Below, one piece after another: positions 1 through 12,724 of a stretch of DNA of 64,000 nt. The stretch comes from Paraspadella gotoi (taxonomy: Eukaryota > Animalia > Chaetognatha). Each line of letters starts with the position of its first letter. Position 1 is the stretch's first letter. The notes under the pieces are model-generated. The model did not search any database, had not been told where the DNA came from, and saw only the letters and a list, made by a program, of their open reading frames with translations. The stretch covers positions 3,298,523 to 3,362,522 of the forward strand of contig JBJCIZ010000239.1 of the NCBI GenBank assembly GCA_051294375.1. Direction: 5' to 3'. A program made the position numbers and the translations under genes.

Positions 1-95
1 TCTCGCGTAATGGGCTATGATGTGAAATCATTAGGGACAGGAGCAAGCGGTAAAAGAAGACGGACGACTCCGACCGCGGCGGGAGGCAGGAACGT

Positions 96-150
96 GAGAG
101 AGAGAGAGAGAGGGAGAGAGAGAGGGAGAGAGAGAGAGAGATAGAGAGAG
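96..150. repeat. (GA)n microsatellite
   Basis: Direct run of gagaga with ggga interruptions. Similar tracts lie at about 5600-5730 and 18134-18168. Confidence 0.9.
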
Positions 151-1181
151 GGGGTTGTCTTAAATTTCTATCGAGGATGAGGTGGGACGGAAAAAGAAGA
201 GGTAGGGTGGAGAGAAAGGTTAGCTGAGTGGGGAAGTTAATTCGGGGTCCCCCTTTCCTCTTTCGCGAAATGGCGGGAAAATGGCTGGAGCTCGCGGGAG
301 GAAAGAAGGATAGCAGTGATTGATTTCCTTTTATGTGTCTCTACTTTCTCGCCTCCCCCCCGCCCTCCCCTCGCCTTCTTTCTACTCAATTACGCGAAAA
401 AATTGTAATGATTGTAGATGTAAAGGATAAGGAATATTCGAACGATCGACCGAATGTGAAGACGATTTTTTTTTTTTGGTACGAAATAAAACATCAAATA
501 TATTAAAGCACATTATAAAAACGGTAGTTATTATTAGGAAAATTTGTTTTTCGTGGGATTCTATGCAGTTTTAAATAAAATGAAAACTTTTTAAACTTTA
601 AGAAGGAAACAAAGGCCAAATTTAAAACGGAAACTGAGCTCATTTACTTTTAGAATGTTTAACAAAATCTTTGAGACGAAAAACTCGTCAAAAGACAGCG
701 ATTCCCAAAAGAGGAGTTAATCTGGGAAAATACGAAGAGAGAAGGTTAACTTCGGGTATTAGGATTTATTGAGAAGTGGGTCAGGTATAAATAAACGAAA
801 ACAAATCGGAAGAAAAGAAAGAGGAAAGGAAAATTCTCAAACAAAAAAGAAAGAAATCGGATTACAAACTCGAAAAAAAAAAAAACCCGCGAACCGGGGA
901 AAAAAAAAAAAAAAAAAAAAAAAAATTCGTCGATGCGAAACGTCAAACGGCAAAAAAAAGGGACCTTCGCGCGGAAAAAAAAAAAAAAAGATTCAACGCT
1001 TCGCCCCCCTATACGATTCGCCCGGGACGACGCCCGTTGAAAAACTAAAAAAAGGCGTGAGCCCGGCGGCGTCGGCAGGGTGGGGGTGGGGGGTGGGGTT
1101 GAAGGGAAGGGGAGAGAGACGGTTTTCTCTTTTCGTCGATTTTCAGGAATCCCCCCCTCTTTTCCCTCTCCTCGAGTCCGA

Positions 1182-3753
1182 TGTCAAAAGCTCGGTTATA
1201 CGGCCTCCGAAAGAATACAGCCAAAGTCTTCTGCAATAAATTGACCTCGAAACACAGTGGTAGCAGCTTCCGATACCACTGTACAGTCTTTTCTGCCCGC
1301 TCGCTCCGATCCGGCAGCAGGTTTTACAGAGGGTTGCAAAAGAATACGAAGCTCGCTGAACCTGTGGGGTGGCAACTCGCTGGGGCCGTTAGAACTGCCC
1401 ACGATCAGCTAAGGCCGGGTCGCTGTTGTGAGTGAGCCAAGAAATTTGGATGCGACCACCGATGATCTGTACTAGAGAGTCTCACCACGCACACTCGCGT
1501 TCTCCCGCATGAGGTTTAGACGTTTGAGTGCTTGGGCAGACCGGATATGTCGTTAACCCCTTTCGGAAGATCGGATCCCGTTGCGATCGATCTACGCAAG
1601 ACGATGGCTCCACCTGTGGCTCCGTCTTGGACTTGCAGGACGATCTCAGGAACCCGCTGCGGGTCGGAGAGGGGCCGGGGCAAGGCTCTGGGCCGTTCGG
1701 ACCGAGCAACCTGGGTGGGGCCTGGCCTCTCGGGAAGCAGAGGCGGTCAGCAGGAGCGGCCGATGCTACCTCGTGCTGTAACCCGCTGGTGATGAATGCG
1801 GCTGACTCGCCATGGGACGATCAGTTCCCGCTTACTCCGCGACCACTGAGTCCGAGGATGGAGGAGCGTCCTTCCCCAGTTCCGCCACCTTTTTCAGCTT
1901 CATGTGGCCGAGTGAGGTGGAGGAATCGTCAGCGGCGAGAATCTCGGTGGACAGGCGATCGGAGTGAGTATGTAAGAACTTTGATTTGATTTTGTCACCA
2001 TAACTCGTTCCTTGCCCAAGGAGTCGTCGGGATGCGAGATTCGAAGTCGCCGCGCTTCACTTCACGACGCTCCGCCTCGAGAGTCATCGCCGAAAGTGAT
2101 AGTCGCGGAGCGTACGATTTTACCGTGGAGGTCGAGGGAGAGCTCTTATTGTTCAATGTTAGAAATTAGTTTTGTGCATATCTTGAAGACCGTCGTTACA
2201 AAAATAAAAAAAAATACATATTGATCACACTTTGATTAAAATTAAATATATGATTATATGAAAGAGTAGAATAGTATAGTTGAGCAATAGGAATATTCAA
2301 ATTGAATCATCTTTATTATAGGTTAAAAAAGTATCTGAATAGAGTGGTTAGAAAAATTAACATACGAATTTTATATTTATATTTATATAGGTCTTGATTA
2401 TTTTCAGTTACTGTTGATAGTGACTCACAAAAAGAGAAGGTTGGAGTTTGGACAATTAACATAATCTCTCCGAAAGGAAAGAAATAATATACCTTTCGTC
2501 AAGATCAGATGGGAGGATAAAGTGGGGCTGGGGTTGGCAACGACCGGTACTCAAGAATGGTAGCCTGAGAGAGATCTCGGTTTAGATATCTTTGCGTCGG
2601 AGTACGCGGGCGTCGAGGTTTCGAGGCCAGAACCGAGAGACGAAGTGCCGAGCTCCGGAGAAATCGGTTGACTACCAAGTCTCGGGACTCCGCTGATCGG
2701 ACGAATAGTGAGCGCGAGGCTTTCGGCCTCAAAGAGGGAAGATCCCTGCGGCGTCTGGACGAGAGACGAGGTAGAACAGGACCTTCGCCAGAAGCTCATC
2801 AATTGATTGCGCGACAGTCCGTGTCTCTGTTCCATGGGTATAGTTCTTGTTCGTGGGCCATTACTGCGTCACTCCTCTCTGTGCGGTCCGATCATCTCTT
2901 CTGCAAGGTCTGCGGGTGCGTTCTCGATCCTTCTCCGTCTGCTCTCTCCTATCCGTCGACGGGATATCGACCCCCATGAGCTCTCCTCTCGTGGCGCCTC
3001 CTGGGGGCGTTGGAGTTCGGCGGCTTCCGGGGGGGGGTAGGCCGTTTCTCGTTGTGTTGCCGCCCTCGGAAGAGTCGGTCGGAGATCTCCAGTGCGGACG
3101 ACCGGATCGAAGGCTCGGTTTCGCCGCCGACACTGTTTTCGCCGGTAGCGGATCGGCCTCGTAGCGGAAGGGGGGCGGAAAGCCCCCGGGAAGGGCACCG
3201 ACCTTCCTCCGGGGGCGTGGGGATGTCGCCGCACGTCGGGCCCTCCAGGAGGGCACGCTGGCCCCGCGGATAGCCAGGCGGTAGGAGGCCCACGATATGG
3301 ATGGCCGAACGTGAATTGTGGTGCCGTTTTTCGTTAGGCGCGTTTGACAACGAGAACGTCCTTCGGCGGCTCGGTTTCGGAACCGTTGCTTGGGACGCTT
3401 CTCCGCCTCGAATTTTTCCGACGCGTTCGAGCAATCGAGGACGTCGCCGCTTCGTCCGTCCTCGACGGTCCACCCACCAACGGTACGGCGGTGTGGAGCC
3501 CGAGTTGTTTGCCCGACTGAATTCCGGGTGTTCTGCGAATTGGCGCAGATCGCGACTTTACGCCGGATTGCGTTTCCATCGCCAATGGGCAGTGGGGAAC
3601 GCTCGTCCAAAGAAATTCCCGGCCGTCGGCACTCGAAGCGATCGTGGCGACCACCCCCTGGCACAACCAGTCGTTGTCTGCCTTTCGCCTTCGCGTGAGG
3701 TTTCTGCATGGGACGCCGCAGGCCGTTCACTCTACTCTCGTCCTAGCCTCCGC
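1182..3753. mobile_element. Possible degenerate retroelement-derived GC-rich sequence (unresolved)
   Basis: GC-rich blocks with no recognisable host protein. PBS-like TGGTAGCAG (+) and TGGTATCGGAAG (-) form a hairpin at about 1254-1282. No clear RT, RNase H or integrase motif was seen. Confidence 0.2.
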
Positions 3754-4693
3754 NNNNNNNNNNNNNNNNNNNNNNNNNAAAGAGAAAGAAAGACCATGAA
3801 AACAAGAAAAAGGCCATAAAATGGATTTTTTTTCTAACGCTTTATTTCTTCTTGGAAAAAGGAATTGTCCGTGGCCATGGAAATATTTCTTTTTTCCATT
3901 TTTTTTTTCCACCGAAAAGCGTAAAATCTTTTTTGTCGCCTAAAAATTTCCATTCTTGCGGAGACAAAAGAGACTGAGTTACGCTCGAGGGCGATTTTCG
4001 GCGCATCAGCCCCCTGGTGAGGGCCAAAAACACCAACTACGCGGCAAAAAGTATTCTTTTTTTTTTTTTTTTGGCGTGAAAAGGACCGAATTGAATCGAA
4101 AATAAAATCTTTTTTAATGGGGGGAAACTACCAACGCCGAATTAACCTTTTCAAAAGGCTTTTGTTAATGTTTTAAGTAATATAATTTTCATATCCCCTT
4201 AAACTATAATACGCATAAAAAGATGTCAAAAAGTACATTTTTTAAAACTTTATTAATATGTTGGTTCATCGTCATTTAGATGTCGAAAATGAACCAACTA
4301 TTTTTCCCAACATTTCAATCCTGTCTTAATATTTACGGAAGAGCTAACATTCAGAAAGAAGATTGTTAAATTTATCTACTATTTATACCGTTATCTAGAC
4401 TGAGTAGTTGTAAGTACCTCTTCGAGCACAATGAGTTATGCGCACCATAGACGTCAGAGGGACACCCAGTAAAGGAATGGTAAAACAAAAGGTAAACCTG
4501 ACAACCAGTTTCCGTAGAGAAATGAAATAATCGAGAAAGAATAAGCAAAGACTGTAAAGAAATTTAAGACACTGCTTTCGAAATTAAGCATTTCTTCCAG
4601 CGCTTCTCCGGCAATACCACCCTATTAATGGAGCGCGACCAGGAACGTCAAACCTAGGGGAAAAAAAATTAGTTCCTCGTCCAGTTTTATTTC

Positions 4694-4779
4694 ATAAACT
4701 CGTATGTGAGTCGAAACATGTCCGTTTCACTATGAAATAAAAATCGTTGTTAAATCTCTCTTCAAACTTTGTTATAAAC
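4694..4779 (+). mobile_element. 5'-truncated Penelope-like insertion carrying the 3' half of a hammerhead motif
   Basis: GAGTC-GAAAC-AT-GTC at 4708-4722, then AATAAAAATCGTT. Flanked by the direct repeat ATAAAC (4694-4699, 4774-4779). Confidence 0.55.
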
Positions 4780-4980
4780 CGAATCAAAATGTTAATTCGT
4801 CTCTCTTTGCTGATCTGGCTTAATCCAAAGACTAGTGAATATTTTTTTTAATCTGTTACGCGAAGCCTTCTTCAATCGTTTGCCTTACAACATCTAATAT
4901 TTTCTAAAATTTTTTTTTATNNNNNNNNNNACCAGGAACGTCAAACTAAGGGGAAAAAATTTAGTTCCTCGTTTTATTTC

Positions 4981-5178
4981 ATAAACAGAATCATTGTATT
5001 ATTTTCTCTCTTTTCGTTGCTAAGTGAATATTAAGAAAGGTTTATTAATGTGCCAATACAACGATTTTTCATCAGCTTTGATGAAGACTCGAACCATCAG
5101 AGTCGAAACATGTACTCTTAATAATAAAAAAATCGTTGTATTGGCACATTAATAAACCTTTCTTAATAAACAGAATCA
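4981..5178 (+). mobile_element. Penelope-like insertion with inverted repeat and hammerhead-like core
   Basis: 13-bp TSD ATAAACAGAATCA (4981-4993, 5166-5178). Perfect 41-bp inverted repeat (5029-5069 / 5128-5168) encloses the hammerhead-like motif. Confidence 0.7.
5078..5114 (+). ncRNA. Minimal hammerhead ribozyme-like motif (C3U variant)
   Basis: TTGATGA-A-GACTC-gaaccatca-GAGTC-GAAAC-AT-GTA: core, 5-bp stem II, palindromic ACATGT at helix III and a GUA cleavage triplet. Confidence 0.55.
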
Positions 5179-6355
5179 AAATGTTAATTCGTCTCTCTTT
5201 GATGATCTTGCTTAATCCAAAGGCTCGTGAATATTTTTTTTAATCTGTTACGCTAAGCCTTCTTCATTCGTTTGCCTTACAACATCTAATATTTTCTAAT
5301 TTTTTTTTTATCTCGACAGAAAAAAAACTTGTAAAAAAAAAAGGCAAGACGATAAATAGTGCTTAAATGTTCTCACTGTGCGTGCGGTGATGCTCGAACA
5401 AAGAAAATTCTCTTCTTACCGGGACGAACAATTAAAGCACGAAGACTCATTAAAACTCATTTGATCGTGAATCTCGCCGAGGATTTCGGGAATTGACGGG
5501 AGCACATCCTTACGATCGTTTACGAAGGGGGTCAATGCATACAACTACGAGATCCCACTGACGCCCCCTACCGTCTCTCTCCCTGGCTCACTCGACAAAG
5601 TGAGAGAGAGANNNNNNNNNNNNNNNNNNNNNNNNNGAGAAGATGAGAAGAGAGACGAGAGAAGAGGAGAGAAGAGAAGAGAGAGAGATGAGAGAGAGAG
5701 AGAGAGAGAGAGATTCGAGAGAGAGAGAGACCGCCCGTTCTCGTTCACGCCGGGAAGCCCCGGACTGCCATAGTTTCATTTTTATTTCAGCGAATCGCGT
5801 GTGCAAAACCAATTTGTGAATTGAAACCGAAGGGGGAAATATAAAAAAAACCGGGAGTTTATTTTCTCAAAATCTGAACGATTATATCTCTTCGAGGTCC
5901 CCGGGATCATCATCACCGGATGGAAATAGGCAATCGGAATTCTGGAATAATAAATTCCCAAGCTACGTATGATAGAAAACCGAGGTCATTAATTCTGGTA
6001 AAATTTATTGAGCCATAACGGACTTGCCGGATTGGGCAAAGTATTTTGTTGGTTTAATGAAAATTTTAGGAAAATCCAAGATGTGTCCTAAAAATGAAAG
6101 GATTATCTCTTTGAATTAACGTTCAATTCTTTGAAAAGCAGTCACAACCGCGCAAGTTCTCTAGATCCGTTCGTCTGCATCGAAATATGCCTTACTGACT
6201 TCCTCACTCTACTTCCTTAATTTTTCTGTTCAAAGTTTAAATAAAATTATTGCAACTGACGTTTAAGAAGAGACATTTAAAAAAAAAACATTTATTTTTT
6301 TTCATGTTCTCGCCACGAGGGGATCATCAATAGATTTGTTAATAATTAATAACTT

Positions 6356-6527
6356 GGAAAATTTTACTTTTCGCCGACCGGGGTTTTGGGCGTCTTTTGA
6401 AAAACTTAAAATACTTATTAAAAAAAAAAAAAAAAATACAAATATACCTAATTACTCCCTCGATCCGCATGTTAACCCCTAGACCACTCCTAACCCCCTA
6501 AACCCCGGTTGCGCAAGTAAATTTATA
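6356..6527. mobile_element. MITE-like element with internal telomere-like repeats (copy in duplicate A)
   Basis: Degraded TIR aaattttactttcgccgaccgggg / ccccggttgcgcaagtaaattt with internal (c)cctaac repeats. Confidence 0.65.
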
Positions 6528-6659
6528 CTTTTTTAAAAGGAAAAGAACAAGAGCACTCTTAAAGAGAAAAAACGATCTGTCCAAAAGCGCCCGATCAAAT
6601 TCCAAATGGCGCGCGGACAAAGAAAGAGGTTTTTGTTCTCCACACAAAAATCGAATCTG

Positions 6660-8110
6660 ACTTTACATGCACAAATCGATTTAAGCACACGGCGACAGAA
6701 CTGGCGCCGATCTGGCTACGTCATCCTTTCGTCTCGCTTCTTGTCATCTTTTGGCGGCCACCGAATTTTATTTTTTTTTTTTTTTCCTCTCGAGTCAGGA
6801 AGGCCTTTAAAACGATGAGGGCTCAATCCTGAAGGTATCAAATTATAGGAGTCGGTTCATCAAGATGGATAGAAATCAAGAGGACATTAACTCTGTTGAT
6901 AAACCTTTCCTGTGTTTCATGATATGAATTATTTATTTTTAACTAATAATATCAAACACCTCTAAGTACTCGTTTCATTATTTATAAAAAAGATTGGCAC
7001 GAACTCGGTGCCAGTCACCTTCCAAGTTCGATCTTATTTTTTCCCCTCGATTTTTTTTTCTTCTGGAGATCGAGTTCTCGCCCCCACGATTATTCAATTC
7101 TGGTTCAAACCGGGCGTCGTCCACTCCGGAGCGGGAGCCCTCTTGTCCAGAGCAAACTGATAATTTACAAGCGTAGCAAACAGAGTTCATAGGCTAATAT
7201 AGCAAAAGGGATTCGGACGCGCTTTAAATTCTCGACAAAGACGAGCACGGCCAATATCAACAAATGTAAATCGAAATTATTCGTCGACATTGTCAAATCA
7301 TCCCCGGTTTCAATCAACTCGTGGTTTTCTGTTTTTTTCGACGGACCGGTCTTGGTGAGTGGTTCGACGAATTTCGTCTTTCAAGCTCGATCCTAGAAGG
7401 ATAAATTTTATAATCGCGAGAGCTTTCGCTTTTCACGCGCTCGACTCGGATTTCTTCAAAAGCCTCAGCGGGACCATCGCGATCGATTTTCCCGCGAGCC
7501 ACGCTCTGATTTTGTTTTCGAAAGAAATAACATTGACGCAAACTTCAACGAAAATTTCGACAAATTCAAAGTAGGACGAGGGAAGCACGCATTCACGAAC
7601 TTTTCCTCGGTGGGTCAAATCGAGAATACATTACGGCATTCAAAAAATTTTGCATGCATTTTTAACAGATAATTCATTATCGGGCCATGGCCTATCACTT
7701 TTTTTCGGTCCTACCTCGGCGATTAAAACTTTCTGAGTACTTTCTTTCGTCAACCACAACAAAAAATCAGCCGCCGCTAAGACCCCAATCTCCACCACGC
7801 TAATCCTAACCCTTTTTTTCACGGAGACGGATCAGCCCTTACCCAATTTAAACCACCATGCAAGCAGCGGCTTACCTCTTGGAATCCGCCTCTTCGATCG
7901 TTTTGTTCATGCATCTTCTCCTACGAAGTCACGTGCGCCCGTTCGTCCCAGAGCTGCGACTCTTCATCCCCGTTCCGACGTCAAGACTGGCCGAGGGCGA
8001 TTCTCTCGCGTCCCGCGTCGTGGACAACGAGACTCCTTAATTTTTTTTTGACAACTTTTTTTCTCGGCAAAAACGAGGAAAGGTTATTTCTTAAACTTCA
8101 GCCATATTGT
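6660..8110 (-). other. Putative small spliced gene divergent from SLC25A38 (unidentified; inverted copies at about 20600-21676 and 22647-23720)
   Basis: GC-rich exon-like blocks with donor-like ends (ag|gtaag, gag|gtagg). Peptides include LVVHDAGRERIASAVLTSDGDEESALWDERAD, ESTQKVLIAE and SVARGKIDRDGPAEAFEEI. Indels prevent a full model. Confidence 0.25.
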
Positions 8111-8616
8111 GACTGTATTTGAGGAAATCAAAAAAAATAGGAAGATCAGCTATCTTTCATTTTATCAATCATTGGTGTCGTTCTAATGTCTCATATGCCC
8201 GGGAAAGACTTCCAAAAAAAAGGGAAACGAGAATCGTAGTTGGGTTCGTTTACGCGAGCTAGTCTTTTAAAGAAACGTTTTGGCCTTTAAGGGGACATGC
8301 GGGACATGAATAGGGACATTATGGCAACGGCAGTGTTGCCTGCGATGCCATTGGATAGTAGGGCATCTCACTGTTGGCTTTGGGGGCTTCCGACCTCAGT
8401 GAAGCATCCCAGTCACTGGCGCCGGTACCCTAGGACGGTCTCTGCTTTGCACAACGGACGAGGGAAGCCGGTTAGGACTGTGGATGGAACACACACCGCC
8501 TGTGATGGCGTGTTCCCCCTTGAGTCAATTGGATATGGACCTACGATGGTGGAGGTGAGGCCAGTGTGAATATTACCGCCCAAAGTCATAACGTTTAACT
8601 TGGCACCAGTTGACAA

Positions 8617-10599
8617 ATGGAGTTCGGGCGAATGGCGGAGTCCCGCATGATCAAGTCTTTCTGTCGGTTTCGCTGTCGGGTTTCCACCCCCACTCCTCAT
8701 GTTTCAACCCTTCGATCTCGTCAAGACGCGAATTCAAACGGCGAACTTTGCCCATCCCAATCCCTCGTCCCCTCGCCGCAAGGTGCAGGTGGGGATTGAA
8801 AAACAATAAGAATAAATATGGAGAGGATAATTGTGGATGTTAATTGTTATATTTAAATGTCATAATTAAGAACCAATTCGTTTTTCATAATCATTTCACT
8901 TCGCAAATAAAACGTTTCACATTTTCCATTTTAACGAAATCCCCCGTCCAAAGTTCCGCTCGGCCGCTCGTCCATGATCGGCATCGTCGTCGACGTCGGT
9001 CCGCCACAGGAAAAGTGCGCTCGAGTCTCTGGAAAGGCGTGACTCCGTCCGTCCGTCCGTACCGTTCCCGGGGTCGGACTCTACTTCGCATCCCTCCACA
9101 CGATGAAGACAAGTTGGAACTCTCCCAGCGTTGGCTATGGAGAACTCGGAGCGGATATGGTTGATTAGTTTATGATATTTATATAGTTTATGAAATTTGG
9201 TGCAACAATATAAAAATATCCATTCATTTAATAAATAAGCCATCTTGCCTCTAACTTTTGGACGGGCTTGGTTGGGTTTAAGGCCTTCATCACTCTTTAA
9301 AAGATTAATGATCATAGCAGCGTCCTGCAAGCCCTTTCAATCAAGACTCTCTCTGTCTGCGTTTATTCACCCCCAGAGTTCCTGGCTTCTCAATTGAAGT
9401 GGTATAATATTTAAAGAATGTTTCAATTGTATGGAAAAGTATTAGACGTGAAAACTATAAGTAAGAGTTTATTTAATAAAAATAGTCGGGCAACGTCGTT
9501 ACCTATTTCATCTCTCCCAACATCCTCCCCCCTAATTCTTCCCAGCCAACGGCATTGCAATCCCTTACCGTCGAGTCCTCATCCCGCCACCATCCGCCGG
9601 CACCCTTGCTTCTTCCCTTCACCCGTCGTCCAAGGCTCGGTTCGAGTCGGGGCTTCTTCGACTACCGGTGGCATTCGGCGGACGCCCTCGTCGCCATCTA
9701 TCGGATTCGAGGGCGTCAAGGGGCTGTGGTCCGGCCTCTTGCGCCACCGTCTTGAGGGACGCCCCATTTTTCGGGGTGAGAAGCGGGGAAGACAAAATTA
9801 AATTGTAATTACCGATTAAAAAATAATTTGCGTTCGTTTATTATCTCGGATATGAAAGCTTTAAAACACGATTTTCCGATTTAATTTCGTTATTCTTTTA
9901 AAATTGACAAATTCCTGGAACCATATCGGGCGGACCATTATTTTTTATTAAACAACGGTTAGAAAGGGAGATGTCGACAGTTATTTCATAGGAATTTGAG
10001 TTCCAACATTATAATCCTAATCAACCGCTCAATTTCCCCCCCCCCAGGCCTTTACCTTGATGTTCTACAACCACGCCAAGAAGTCCGCCTTAGATCCGAA
10101 CGCTGTCGACGCCGCCCCCTCTTCCGGTCCCGACCCTTCACTTCCTCTGCGGCCTTTGCGCCGGAGTACTTGGCTTCCACGGATCACCCAACCGCCGGAC
10201 GTGTATTCAAAGACCGCACATGGCAGGTACATTGTGTAAGAACGAGTTCGGAAAACGAATGTTGACTTTTCTGTTTTATCCGTCTTTCACCGCCACCCTC
10301 GCCAAAAAGCTTGTTCCACGCCGGCACCTCGAAGGTCAGAGCGACGATAAAGGTTTAAACAAATCTACGTAAACAACGGCCGCCAAGGGGCTTTCAGTGC
10401 GAGTAATATAAAAAACTTGAGTTTAAATTCGTTTGAAATAAGATTCCATTTCTTAGTTTCAACTAACGAGTTCCGTTTTGTGTTTTTTTTCGTGTAATCC
10501 CAGGTGGGCCTTGCTCGAACAATGCGACGGACTGGCTTATTGGCGGCGAGACGGCGAACGCTCTTACGAAACAACTCATGATTGGTCGGACTCAAATGA
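8617..10599 (+). CDS. SLC25A38: Mitochondrial glycine carrier SLC25A38 homolog, copy A (6 exons; many frameshifting indels, probably sequencing errors)
   Basis: Exon blocks match copy B. N-terminus MESAMASPVIKSFLSG...FQPFDLVKTRIQ contains the carrier motif PxDxxKxR. Confidence 0.8.
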
Positions 10600-12724
10600 A
10601 ACCAAACTGCAAACCGTCCCAATTTTTCTTTGTTTTTTTTTTTTTTATTGCTTTTCTCATTTTTTCATCACACATCTAAAAATATGGAAAGTTTATTAAA
10701 AATTTTTAAAAAAATAATGACGTTATGTTGTTCAAATGAAAATCGTACAGGTGTATTCCCGCGGACAACTGCCGGGCATTTTCTTGAGTTTGTAGAGCAC
10801 AGGAAACCAGTGTAGCAACAGTTGAATCGGTGTAACTGGATCGTAAGAGCACGGTTCACCGGGGCATGGCGCCACTCGGATAGTTCTCTCGCACCTAATT
10901 AGTACGTAGAGCCGGAAATTTTGCGGTTGGGGGGGGAAAGGGCCGAGTTGATAAAATGCTTAACCTTGTGCTTGGCCTGGCAGAGATGACGAACGACCTA
11001 TCACGAAGATTACATTACTAATTAGTTGACGTTACTATTAAGGCTATTATCATCGGCTAAAAAAATAACATACCGATTGATGATTGAGTTGATTACACGG
11101 GCAGGTCGAAGACGGCATCGCCACTGTCTATAGGCTGTATATAGCCAACCATCGGGACCTTTCACATAGCTTTGTATTCAGTTCAATTGGCATTTGGGAA
11201 CTTCCAATATCAACTGATCACTATTTTTTTTGAAAAAAAAATATTAACATTAGTCGAGGGAAAAAACGCATTTCTCGTTTTTTGCACAAAGACATGCGTC
11301 TACACCAAAAATTGGTAGTTTGGACAAAATTCTCGTCAAATTGATAAAAAAAAAAAAAAAAAATCACAAACCATGCATGAGGACTCGAATCGAAGCCATT
11401 TGGGATGAAGAAAAAGTGAGGGCACTAAAGGGAGGTTGATAGGGACGAAAAAAAACTTGGGTTTTAGAATTTTTTTTTAAGTAAATACGACTCGATGCTC
11501 GTTCGATTTTTTAAAGTGAAAAGGGGTGGGAGGGGTAAGTTAAAGGTTCGTGAGGGCTCAAGAAAGGAAAAAAAAAAACATTTGAGATAAGATGGATTCA
11601 ATAATTGCCAGATAATGCAGCATCCTTCGAAAATAATCAAACATTGCGCTGTTTATGGGGCAACGCATTGGCGAAAAAAGTTGCTTGATCCAAAAAGTTT
11701 TCTAAAACTGTCAAATCACAGTTTTTCGCGCAATTTTTACGAAATCAGACGACTCAATTCATGAAAAATCAAGAAGCGAACAGCCAAAAGAAAAAAACTA
11801 AATGTTCCTCTACATTTCGAGATTCAGTAGTAAATATATAGTTAGTTAAATAATTCTCGAGTTTCTCAAGCCTAATCGATTAATCATTACCTCTAAATTT
11901 AGCTCGTCACGTGTGAAGGTTCGGATCCAAGTTCGGCGCATGTTCGTATTTGTTAAACAAAAGTCAAAAAACTTTAAAAAATAAAGATTCGCGCAACGAA
12001 CTCTTTTCCATCATGTTTCTCTGGAAGATCATGAAATCAGTCATAGTCTATTGTTATAACGGTGCGCCCACAATGGTAATAAATAACATCGATATTAAAA
12101 AAAAACCAAAAAAAAAAAAAACCACGGAAACAATTCTTGAAAACTCCCTCCAGTTTTTTTTTTTCAAAGGGGTGATGGAGGTTGGGAAAGTTAGCAAATA
12201 CTCTATTGTTTTTTTTTGTTTTCGACAGAGGAGCCGATACCGGCGCCTGCGCGAGAGGAGAGAATTGAAAAAATCACAGAAAGCGAATTGACCCAATATC
12301 ATATTCAAGGATTTAAAACAAATTAAGGTTGCTACTTTTGATAGTAGTCGTAAATGATAGGCTAACCTTTTTTCTCCCCATCGACATTATCACAACAAAA
12401 TTTTTTTTTTATAAGGAAAGACGGTAAAATAACTTTTTTCGCTGTCTCGTAACAGAAAAAACACTGAAACGACGTTTTACAGTACCGAACTCCTGCAAAG
12501 TCTTTCTCGGCCTCGTTCCCATTTTAAAAAAAAAAAATAAAACAAAGCCGCCCGCGAAAAAAAATAAATAAAAAAGGGCGCGCGTAGTATTATACAGCGA
12601 CCCGACGTTGAAAAAAATAAAAAAAAATTACACAACGGCTGCAATCACCGCGGCGAGGGAGCACGAAAGTTCTTTCTATAGACGGTTCGGCATTTTTGGG
12701 GGCGAAAATCTCCCTTTTTTTTAT

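Noticed and set aside
746-1239. Lys/Phe-rich ORFs
   Set aside because: They arise from poly-A/poly-T runs, with no protein-like composition.
2861-3819. Overlapping ORFs of up to 289 aa, with a faint resemblance to a Gypsy integrase tail
   Set aside because: GC-rich sequence is open in several frames and no diagnostic motif could be identified with confidence.
4570-5590. Possible exons of a minus-strand transcript around the Penelope-like insertion site (donor at about 5418, acceptor at about 4653)
   Set aside because: Only a short ORF with no recognisable homology results. It may be UTR, but cannot be supported.
6700-6726. GATCTGGCTACGTCATCC, similar to a 7SK RNA motif
   Set aside because: The match is short and isolated, with no second GATC stem or U-rich 3' end; the opposite strand reads as plausible coding sequence.
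8390-8575. CAGTGN loops upstream of SLC25A38 as possible iron-responsive elements
   Set aside because: Flanking bases do not form the 5-bp upper stem with a bulged C.
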